Of a stretch of DNA of 64,000 nucleotides, positions 1 to 10,924 are shown piece by piece. Each line of letters begins with the position of its first letter. Positions within the stretch are counted from its first letter, which is position 1. This DNA is from Balanoglossus misakiensis (lineage: Eukaryota > Animalia > Hemichordata): NCBI GenBank assembly GCA_040954595.2, contig CM082591.2, positions 7,306,047 to 7,370,046 of the forward strand. The letters run 5' to 3'. The notes under the pieces were generated by a model, which was not told where the DNA came from, did not search any database, and saw only the letters and a list, made by a program, of their open reading frames with translations. The translations under genes and the position numbers were made by a program.

Positions 1-309
1 AGATGATTTGCCATAAAACTATATTGATACAACCAAGAAACAATACAAATTCAAAGAATAAGAGAGTGTGGATTGATCACTTGGAGGAAGGAGAAAATTA
101 TACTTAATACCGAATTAACACAGGTGACGGATTAAGATTATTATGTTATTTTACATTTCTATAAAATGAAACTTGTTAGAGCTGTGACTCATGACTCATA
201 TAAGATAATTTAAGTTTCATGCATTGCAAATTTTTTTTAACCCCAAGAAACTTTCAGAGAAATAAAATTATGCAAATCAAAATCCATTGAATATTTTACT
301 AACTTTCAG

Positions 310-3300
310 GAGATGGTGGGGGAATAGGACCATTGAAATTATATGGTGACAGCGTAGAAGAGGGAAGTGTTGATGAAATACTGAATCAGGTATGCTTAGA
401 TGTTAGTTGTAATGCCCAGCATTTAGCTTATCAATGCAACATATATGTGTATCAGCACTGTTATGATGCAAAATTTGAATTCAAGTCCGGACTAGAATTT
501 ATTTGTCAACAATAACAATGGTTGTTACACACATACAGGACATCTTGACAAGCTGAGTACTGAGTACCTTGCTGTTTGTAGAAGGACAAGATATTGCATT
601 TGGTACACAGAACAAAAATACCGAAAATGAAGCCAGTTTTACAGCTAATGTCCCTACAACACATGTAGCTATGTTCAACAGCATACTTTGTCCACAACTT
701 CACACACGCAGGGAAATTTCCAAATAGTAAATAAGTCGTTACTATTTTCAGTGACGTTTACATGTTGATTGATGTCTAGCTGATATGGCTGTGAGAAGGA
801 TATTGTAATTGTTTGGCTGTTTCTCTCTGGGAACTCTTAACAACATCACTGGGATAAACTCTTTCATGGCTCAAATATTTGATATCCACTATGACTGTCT
901 ATTGAAATTCATCTAGATTTGGATTTGATATATTCATTTGTTTCAATTTTAGATTGAGAGAACACGCCTGACTTCACCAGGGAAGGAAACAGAAAAAGAT
1001 TCTGACATTGAAGAGGCTGCCATGAAACAAAGTGAGTGATTTAATTTGGTCAAGAACTGGTCATTTATGGGATTCTAGTCCACATTGCATGGTTAATCTT
1101 TTAACTTCTCTGATCCAGATATGAATAATAATAAAACAAAACAACAGCAGATATTTTGGTTGGAACACATTGGCCACAATTTTGAAAGGAATAATGATAC
1201 ATTACATTTGCATGCTGCACTTAAGGTGTCATAAAAATTCAGAAATTTTAATTGATGTTTGTGTTAACTTTCCGACTGTCACAAATGCCAGATCGGGACA
1301 AGTGAAATCTTTAAAAAGTTTGTTGAAAGCTATATCCAAATCGACACAATTTTGATTAATATAATGCCCTGACTTTTTTTAACCACAGGGATGACGTAAG
1401 AATGTTTTTGTTGTAGTCATATCTGGTTATGGGTTGTCCAGTAAAAATAATATTCTACACTGTGCACCATTTGTTGTTTCTGCATCACCAGCTTGATCTG
1501 ATAAGGGCCGGATGTGCCAAGACTAAAACCTGATTTTGTGTATCAAGGCAATTCCCAGCAAACTATAATGGCTCTAACAACGTTTATAACAAAGAATTAG
1601 GCTGGGAGTGTGTTGACACACACATGATATGTCTTAGAAATAGTTCGAAACAGAAAAATGACAAAATTGAGCTTCATAGCTTTATTCTTTTTCATTTCAG
1701 ATTTGGCAGATGAAATCACACTACATGCCAGACCAATTTATCCCATACCAGCTGAATCTATCAGCTTACAAGCAGAAAGCTTACTACCCTTTGAAGCTAG
1801 TGCAAAGCATCTCAAAGAACTGCAAAAACTGTTGGATGGGGCCCTGACAGAGAAGTCCAAAATTCAGACTGAGTCAGTTGAGAATAAGAGAAAGCTAGTT
1901 AAAGAAAACACTAAACTGCAGACAGAGAAAATGATTCTAGAGAATCAGTTGAAAGAAGCACTTCAGGAAAAGTCACTCTTAGAAGAGCAGTACAAACAGA
2001 AACTTGCAAGTGTTGAGAAAGTAGCCGCCACACAACTTATGGATGTCATTTCTCTGAAGCAAAGATTGAGAGAATTAGACCCTAGAAACATCCAAGAGTT
2101 GGAATCTAAACTTGAACAACAAGAACAAACCATAACTGAGCTAAAGTCCAAATTATCCAAAATTCAGGATGAGCAATCTGACACTGAGTTTCAACTGAAA
2201 ACTGCTAAAATTCTTCAACTGGAAGAAGATGCAAAATTGGAAATAGAACAAGGTGAGATTGTTTATGAATCTGCTCGATAATTCCTGCATCAGTAAATCC
2301 TTAAGTTAAATTGCCAGCTCATATAGGTAGATTTAAAAAATGCAAGTTGTCATAGTTGAAAAGATTAACCATGTACTTAACATTTAATTTCAAATATTTG
2401 TAGGAAAACTCACACCATCTGATGTGCCCCTCAAGAAAGATGACACTGGAGACATACATGTATCACCTGTAACCATGGCTACAAAAGATGAAGATGAGCC
2501 TATGAAACCAGCAGCTGTGCAACCTGAGATGGCATCAGAAGAAACAGGAGCAGAGAAAGCCAGACATCCACAACCAGAGACAATGGGAAAAGAAGACACT
2601 GAGGCTGTGGCCAAGATGACGGAAGGAGATGGAACTGAGACTGAGCAAACAAAATCAAAACAATTTAAGGAAAAAGGTACACCAGTAAAACCTGTCAATA
2701 ACAAACTTAGAAAATTGGAACTACATTTACATCAATCTGATGTTGGAAAGCATGGTATAGTATATACTAGTATTCTTGATAGAGAAAAATCAGTCACAGA
2801 TATCCAATGAGATGAGTAAACATTCAATGTTGGCCAAATGATTTAATCTGATGTTGGAAAGCAGTACCCGGTATATTCTTGACAAAGGAAAATGAGATAT
2901 CCCATAAGAAATAAGAAATCATTCCATTAAATATCAGCCAAACGTAATCATGCAGATTAATTGACAGCACTATCGTAGTCAGTGTGTACTTGTAAATTCC
3001 ACCCAATCACCTTTCTATCCACTCGACACTGGGGTACCACAGGGATCAGTTCTTGGTCCCATACTTTTTAATATGTACACGTCTCCATTAGGTGAATTAG
3101 TTCAAAGTCATGGTTGCAGTCTTTATAGTTTTTATGCAAATGACTCTTCACTTTATATGTCTTTTAGTAAAGACAACGCAGCAAGAACTGTTTCGAATCT
3201 TGAACTTTGTATATCCGATGTTAGGTTTTGGATGTCTGAAAACTTCTTGTGCTTAAACGATGATAATTGACTGAATTTGTTATTTTCTCTGGTACTTCGG

Positions 3301-6300
3301 GTGATCTGTCTGCTATAGGGATTTCAGAAATTGTGTTGGTGATGCTCTGATTCCCGTCCATTGTCAGGCTAAGAGCCTTGGAGTGATCCTTGACTCTTGT
3401 CTGACAATGAAGCCACATATTGGACAGATCTGCCGCTCTGCCACTTTTCATTTACGTCGCATTGCGCTTATTCGCAAATATTTATCTCAATCTGCTACAG
3501 AGCAATTAGTTCATGCATTCATTACTTCTCGAATTCACTTTTATTTGGGCTCCCGAAGTATTCGACCAACCGTATTCAACATGTTCAGAATATTGCTGCT
3601 AGAATTGTTACTCGTTCAAAAATCACCTGTCACATCACTCCAATTTTGTATCAGTTGCACTGGCTACCTGTTACACAGCGTATTGTTTTTAAGATGTTAG
3701 TTCTCATTTTTAAATCCATTCATAAACTTGGTCCAATCTATCTTTCTAACATGACTAAACTGTATGTTCCGTGTCGCAATTTAAGGTCAGCTGATCAGTA
3801 CAAACTCTTCCCTGTTCGATCACGCACCAAGAGTTATGGTGATCGTGCTTTTACTGTTGCTGCTCCAATTCTTTGGAATAATCTTCCACTCACCATTCGC
3901 CAGGCACCAGACTTATCTGTTTTTAAATCAAATGTTAAAACTTTACTTTTTAAGTCTGCTCTTTAGCCATTTGTTGTAGTGTTATTTTTGCTTTTAGCGT
4001 CATTGATCACATTTTTTGTGGATACTGACGCTATATAAATAAATTATTATTATCATTATACTATATTTTCATTGTTTGATCACTTTCTTTTGCAGAAGAG
4101 AAGCAATCCAAAGGTGTCATCAGCAAGATTAGGAGATCTTTTGGTGGAAGTAAAGAAACTACTGGTGATTCAGGGACTACAGGAAGTAAAGAGATATCTG
4201 AGGATACAAAGGGAGCCAGTGTTTCAACAGAATCTTCTAAAACAGGTATGTGCATTTCACCTCAGTGTTAGAAAATAACAGTTGAATACATGTGTTGATA
4301 CCAAGGGATCAGTTGATTCAAAACTTTAAGTAAAATTAATGTCTAAGTCATCTCTCCACTACAGGAAGTAAAGAGATATCTGAGGATACAAAGGGAGCCA
4401 GTGTTTCAGCAAAACCTTCTAAAACAGGTATGTGCATTCTCAGTGTTGGAAAATAAGTTGAATACATGTGTTGATAATAAGGGATCAGTTGATTCAAAAC
4501 TTCAAGTAAATGTTGAATCATTGGTTGCCAGACTTCTACCGGTACTACCAAACTGCATTGTGTGTAAATGTATAATATAAGAAAACTTGATGACATAACA
4601 TTTATGGCACTTACCAGAAACCTTGACATCACAACGCAAATTTTTACAAGTATGAGGCAAGATGAGAATAGAGGTCTGGTCACCAATAGAGGTCTGGTCA
4701 CCAACAATTCAGAGAGTTCAAAATCATTATAAGAAACTTTTCACTTGATCAAACATAAACAAAGTAACGTCAGAAGATACCAACCTTGTCATCTTTGAAT
4801 TCAACTTTGTATTCTTTGCAAGAATAGATTGGCTGTCTGATCATTGATGAATACTTTTGTCTGTAAATTAGAAACATCAAAATGCGTGCAGATATTGACT
4901 CAATATCAATATCATGTGGATGAGATTGTTATGATCAATTCTGCAAGAGCATTTGATGGAGCATCAAGGTGTGCCAGAATAGAAAAAAGAAAAGCTATGA
5001 GCCAATTTGTGTGTAAATGTCCAATGTACAAGTAGGCTGATTATTGGCAGACAGCATAAAGCAATATAAAATAGAACAGTGGTTCAACCCTCTGTTTTGA
5101 TTGGTATGGTTGAATCCATATGCAACAGAAAGGGGTGAAAGGTTCACTCTTAACTTTGTTACAGTGGCCAGATATAAAACAACTCTGGTCCAGGGTGAAA
5201 ATGCTCAATTTCTACAATTTCAACCACTAGCTACAATCATTCAATTTCTTCATTTGATTTTGAATTGTCATATGTAGATATTCCACAATATCAAAAAACT
5301 TTAATTTTGTTATGATTATAAATAATCAAAAAAGGTAATTCAAATTAGGAACTTACCAATTTTTTATCCAAGTGACAATCTGGAACAGCCAGTGGTGTTG
5401 AGACAGACTATTTATCATGACTCATCCTAAGTAACTGCAGGTTTTCCATCTCTCAGATCATCTGCAATGATGTCACTATATAAGTGGTTAGGGTATATTC
5501 TTGCAGAAAAATATATCACTAAATTTCCAACAATGCATTTTATTTTCCAATAAATTCTTTAAAGTTAGAAAGGTTTACACCAATAATTTTCTCAAGGGTT
5601 TATTCACAAAAATACTCACCTGGTCAAAGAAAGTACCAACCCTCTCGGCTAAGGAGTAGATAATTCTTCTCTGTTCACCAATATGACAATTACTGATTGA
5701 AAAGCAGACCGTCTCTGGTTGGCTGGAAAAAGAAACAAAATCTTTGGCACAACAACATTACAGATAGTATATAAAGTTAGAAATACTTTGTATTATAATA
5801 ATCTGTCAAAAAAATGACAGATAGCTTTTTTCTTTATATTGCAAAGCAATAGAAATAGTTTCAGAAATTGATGTTTGTCTTGTTGCCCTGGTTTGAAAAG
5901 CTACAAGTATAAGGTAGGCAATGATCCTTGAGACATTGTTCAAGAATTTTATGTAAGACCTACTAATTCCAAAATTACAAGGCAAAGATTATTCCTGTAC
6001 TGATCTGTTAAGATGTGTTACCATGACAACAATACTGTCACTAAATTCATTGAGCAGTTGAATAGGAACATTTTTTATGGGTTAAAAAGACCATAAATAA
6101 AGTGATAATTTCAGGTGATATTTCTGCTACTTGTTTTCAAAATAGAATTATTAACTGATATTAACATTTTGTCCAGTTTCCATGGTTACTTGGTATTGGA
6201 AAATGTGTACAGATAGAGTACTTTGGCAGAAATATATCATGGCAATAACTCGCTAAATTTGTATAAAAAAAAAGTTTAAAGTTAAATTAAAACATTAACT

Positions 6301-7685
6301 TTAGCACATTGCCAATGTTTTACAAAATACATTGAGGTTCAGTTGTTATGGTTACCAGTCAATAATGCTACCATCATACATTTTTTCCTAAAAATAATGG
6401 ACCAAAGAATTATCCCTGAAACTCAGTTCAAGAATTGTTATGAAATGTCTACTGAGTCAAAAGTTAAAAGTAAAAGATTATTTTTGAACTGATTTCTTTG
6501 AATGTGTTACCATGGCAACATCAACGATAGTATACTAGTATCTATTGAATGGTTAAATAAGATAGTCTTTTATGTATATTATAATATCAAAAAGAGACAA
6601 AGTAAATTTCCTCCTAGCTATATTGCAGACAAAAAGAAATAGTTCAAGAAACTCATGGTTACTATGGTTGCCATGGTTATTTCTCACTGTAAACATTGTG
6701 TAGAAAAACTACCCCTTAGTATTTCAGTTGTCATAGCAATGATTCGTTTCTTTTGTAATATGTTTTCTCTTGTAAAAATGAACAATAAAACACTAACTCG
6801 ATCTAGCATATTCCTAATGCATTGCAATACAGCATGTTTGACCTTTGACCTTTGTTTCACCTAATAGGTCGCTGGTCAGTGAGGACACTGGATGGCCAAA
6901 GTCCAAAGCCAGGGCGAAAGTTTAAATACCCGTGTGGTATGGTGTTCCATGGTGACAAACTGGTGGTGTGTGACCGAGGCAACAGGGTTGTACAGATACT
7001 GAATCAAGATTACACCTGTGACAAAGTCTTGGGAAGTTTTGATGGTCAGTTTGCAAAGCCATTCCAGCCACGGGATGTAGCTGTCTCCCATGACAACATC
7101 TACTTCATAAGTGATGGTGGAAATTCTCAAATTGTTGTTTGTGATCAAAACAATAAAATTCTTAGAATAATTACTCTACCTGCAGGCGCCGATGTCTGGG
7201 GCATCACTCTACTGAATGGATTTGTTTTGGTCACTGATGTCAGAGGTCATCGGCTACTCAAGTACACACAAGATGGTCAGTATGTTGCAGAGGTTGGTGG
7301 TTGGGGTGGTGGCCAAACACAATTCCGTTTCCCACTCTCTGTGGTGGTCAACAGTAAGAATGTCATCATGGTGTCTGACAGGGACAATCACTGCATCAAG
7401 TGTTTTGATGCTGATTTGAAATTCTTGTATCAATTTGGTGTGAAAGGTTCAGGTCCTGGTCAGCTGTGGAATCCATGCAGCATTGACGTCGATGACGACG
7501 ATAATTTGTTTGTGTGTGATTGGATGAATAATAGGATTGTGAAATGGAGATTTGATGGAGAGTGGATCTGTCACTTATTTGAAGGTGAGGTGAGCTTCCC
7601 TGAGTTCCTTGCAGTCAGCGGTGACAGAATTGCTGTTAGAGAGTCGAAAAGAGACCACATCAAAGTATTCCACAAGCAGACATAA
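310..7685 (+). CDS. 5'-partial spliced gene: coiled-coil / acidic low-complexity region + C-terminal NHL-repeat beta-propeller (TRIM-NHL-like C-terminus)
   Basis: Phase-compatible GT-AG exons: 310-389, 953-1031, 1701-2252 (heptad-rich coiled coil KHLKELQKLL...LEQQEQTITELKSKL), 2404-2676, 4096-4245, possibly 4365-4427, and 6868-7685. The last exon has typical NHL repeats (FKYPCGM..VCDRGNRVVQI, FQPRDVAV..ISDGGN, FRFPLSVVV..VSDRDNHCIKCF, LWNPCSIDVD..VCDWMNNRIVKW) and ends in TAA. No start codon, RING or B-box in the window. Confidence 0.75.
470..656. mobile_element. fragment of TTAA-flanked non-autonomous DNA transposon family C (terminus agggacattagctgtaac; Kolobok-like)
   Basis: The block aaatttgaattcaagtccggactagaa...acagctaatgtccc recurs at ~23318-23515, ~38310-38430, ~39910-39968, ~48190-48350, ~51605-52010 and ~58082-58210. 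The terminus is flanked by TTAA in the 23515, 39968 and 58082 copies. Confidence 0.7.
2970..4060 (+). mobile_element. 5'-truncated, frameshifted LINE (CR1/L2-group) reverse-transcriptase 3' fragment in an intron
   Basis: Translates RSQCVLVN..GVPQGSVLGPILFNMY..FYAND (degenerate YADD), then HLRRIALIRKYLS..LVHAFITSRI and HITPILYQLHWLPV..RSRTKSYGDRAFTVAAPILWNNLP in shifted frames. Ends in cgctatataaataaattattattatcatt, a (TTA)n tail typical of L2-group LINEs. Confidence 0.9.
4176..4510 (+). repeat. local tandem duplication (~182-bp period) of an exon 3' half, splice donor and intron start
   Basis: actacaggaagtaaagag...aaaacaggtatgtgcatt...gattcaaaact occurs at 4176 and again at 4358. Confidence 0.9.
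6868..7685 (+). CDS. terminal exon encoding the NHL-repeat beta-propeller
   Basis: Acceptor tttgtttcacctaatag at 6867; open frame GRWSVRT...KVFHKQT* with about six NHL-type repeats. Confidence 0.9.
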
Positions 7686-8572
7686 ACACCACCATGAAAT
7701 GCATGTCAACACGACATCAAAAACAGTGAAATTTGGGAGAAAATTTAGAGGCTGCGTCGATAAATTTACGATTGATCGCATGCCATGGCAACAAAGTTCA
7801 AACTGAACCAATGTCACTTTCACAATTTTTGGAGTTATTTTCCACATTTTGAAGAAAAATTCCGAACAGAAATTAATTGTACGTGAAGTCGCTACATGTA
7901 CTGAGTGTAGGCAAAATAAACTAAAGGGTGTTTTGAGTAATTTTTGCAGTTTATTTTGAGGGATTTTGAGACAAGACTGTTTGAAACTGAATGCATTTCG
8001 TCAACTTCGCATGTAAACAATCAAAAATTGGGATCTTTTTTCCACATTTACAAAGCTCATTTTGGAAAAAAATATTTCAGTCTACAGTCGCTTCATGTAA
8101 CGAGTATAAACAATTCAAATCTGAGTCGTTTTGGAATATTTTTACTCGTTTTTTTTCATGAATTTTGACATGGAGGGGTCTGAAAGTTATGATGTGCACA
8201 GTCCACTTCCCATCAGATCTCCATTGCATCCGAAAGGATGAAGGCGTTTCATCAATTTATGTGTGCAAAATAATTCCAAAAACTTACCTGTAAATCGCCA
8301 GAGATATATATTGTATTGTGATCTGTAAATATTTCCATTCGATAGTCCAAAATAATTGTTATTTCAAATATATATGAAGAAAGGATGTGCGACCGGTAAT
8401 CTTTTAGTTTTACCGCCATTTGTTTTGAACTGTGTTGAGGGCGCACAGTTCAATGAACGAGGGGGGGGGGGAGCTTGACTTCAACGGCAGAGGGCGCTAT
8501 GACTATTTCTGCTATCAGGAATAGGAGTTGATTGTGCTTCACGAACATTGACATACGGTAAAGTGTGTTTTC

Positions 8573-8980
8573 GTCAGCGTAAAATGTATGTATGAACTTG
8601 GAGAAATATATTCATTTGAGACATATTTTAGTCGTTATTGTAAATAATCATGTTCTTTATTTGATATTGTAAATATCGTGGTATGTTCTTGAATTTGCTA
8701 GCAAGATAAACTTTTCACAAACTTTAATAGGTAAACTTGATGAAATGGGAACTGTAGTATAAATATTCTCGTTGCCTTTTTCGCATTGTTGAACATAGCA
8801 GGTTTTTGTCAGCGTAAAAATGTACATATGGACCTGGAGAAATATATTCATTTGAGGCATATATTTTAGTATGTATTGCTCTCTATTTGATATTGTAAAT
8901 ATCCTGTTCTTGTTATGTTCTTGAATTTGCAATCAAGATGAAGTTTTCACAAAGGTAAACTTGATGAAATGGTACTGCCA
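8573..8980. repeat. degenerate ~235-bp tandem duplication
   Basis: gtcagcgtaaaatgta...ggagaaatatattcatttgag...gtaaacttgatgaaatgg at ~8573 and ~8808. Confidence 0.75.
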
Positions 8981-10320
8981 GATTTTCAGAACAATTTATT
9001 TTTTCTTCCTGGCCTAAGGTTGAGATTCTGTTGACGACCGACCCATACATGTACGGTCCAATATGAAAGCAGCTGTCTGTGACCAACTCCAAAATTGCGC
9101 CCCCAAACACCACCACCACTACGTTGGTGATTGCAAAGTGATTCCAAAAGACGAGTTTGTATTATTTTTTTGCCATTTCTTTATTTTCATCTAAAAATGG
9201 TCACCAAAATTGAGAATTGACAATTGTGTGCAATTTTAAAAAAGACAATAATTGTTTGTATCCATACCTTTTCTGATGATTACTCCTGAAATTGAGAGAA
9301 GATACTTTGTAGCTGAAGGAAATATTTTCTAAAATTCTATAAATTACATATATTATAGCGTTTTGCAACTATTAGTACATTCTATATTTAAAATTAGCTT
9401 TCTGGATGTGAACATTCTAGACAAATGCATACAAATATCTGGCATAAACTCTGTAAGTTTTACACAAAGTTAGAAAAAAAGATGTTTTTCATAATTCCAT
9501 AATTTTATCACACAGTTGTGAATTGAATGAATGCTCACAATTATCCCCAAACAAATATGACTTTATCTAAAATAATGAGTGTTGCTCATTTTTCTGTTTG
9601 ATAACAGATTTGTGTTTGCTTAAAGCAAAACACACACTTGGTTCAGAAAGATATGTAATATTTCAATAAATGCCCAGATATGCAAATCTCAAAATTTGCC
9701 ATCTTTTAATCAACTTTTTCTTAAAGCAATATTTTTCAAAAAGCTCACATTTTATCACAATCAATAATAAATCTATCTAAACAATTTATGCCATGCTGAT
9801 GCCATGCAGACTTTAATAAACATGATTGTAAACCATTTACATAATCCTAAGTCATTTGTGCATATCCTAATTATCGATTTTAGTTCCAGCATGCTGGACT
9901 CATTTTTGTGTTGTCTGCTTGGAGATGACACCATGTTTTGGAAGGGCGCCCTCTATAGCAAAAAGGCGTACGCAGGTCAAAACGAAGCTCAACCTACAAT
10001 ACTAACTTCAGCTTTGAGCAGATTTTCAAAATATCCCAGCATTACGAACCCCGACATCTGCTATGGATGTACAATCATGACCATATGCACACTATGTAAA
10101 AGTAAATCTATCAACTGCACATCATCCCACCAACCACTAAGGATAATTTCAGCCTCTCGTCTTATAAAAGATCCATGAAAATTTTGAGAACAGATTTGGA
10201 AGACGATGATTATTTTGAAAATTGGTTGCGAAGGTTACAGTGTATTCTTAGCATTCAGCAGTTATTAAACATAGATTTCACATATCATGTCAATCTCAAC
10301 ATTATTATGTCTAAAATTGT

Positions 10321-10491
10321 CAGGGTCCTCCCCATTCTGTTTGGTGGTCAGAATTATTGTGTACTCAATGCAGTCTATTGTCTCATTTTGACATGTTAAG
10401 GAATTGGTATGACTTGCAACAGACAATACATATTAATGAGTATGAATATTAATGAGTTGCCAGAACTCAAGTCAACCTGGTGAGAACCCTG
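10321..10491. mobile_element. hAT-like MITE (CAGGG...CCCTG) with 6-bp TSD
   Basis: Termini cagggtcctc / gagaaccctg flanked by aattgt on both sides; related copy at 37313-37429. Confidence 0.7.
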
Positions 10492-10924
10492 AATTGTATT
10501 TGACATCAACTGATATTTTTCACATGATTTGTAATTTCCAAGAATTATTTTTCTTCAAGAATATACCACAGGTCGAGCACAATTGAATGTAATTCAGCGT
10601 CAAACTTCAATTGTTATCAAAATTTTATCTTTAAAACTCTTAATATGATGTCTGCTTCTCTTGAATATTTAATTGTTTATAAAAAATATAGCTAAATTGC
10701 TACATTCTAGAAGACTTAATGATAAAGTTGAAATGGCTGATGTGCAATAGTCTTGTTGAACTTTATAATTGGGGACAATTGTCTTTGTGAAAGTCATAAA
10801 ACATGTTCTCTATAGGGCGACGATCATCTTATGTGCATGTGCCAAACAAGTGACAGTGGCAATTTAGTTTATGTAAATCACTCATCAATATCCATGACAA
10901 CCTGTCAGAATAAGATGCAATATG

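Noticed and set aside
1-123. possible further exon of the NHL gene ending at cag|gtgacg
   Set aside because: All three frames contain stops within the visible part and no acceptor can be verified at the window edge.
3073-3966. ORFs of 65-189 aa with reverse-transcriptase similarity as a functional or domesticated RT gene
   Set aside because: Frameshifts, stops, a mutated YADD motif (YAND) and 5' truncation indicate a dead LINE copy.
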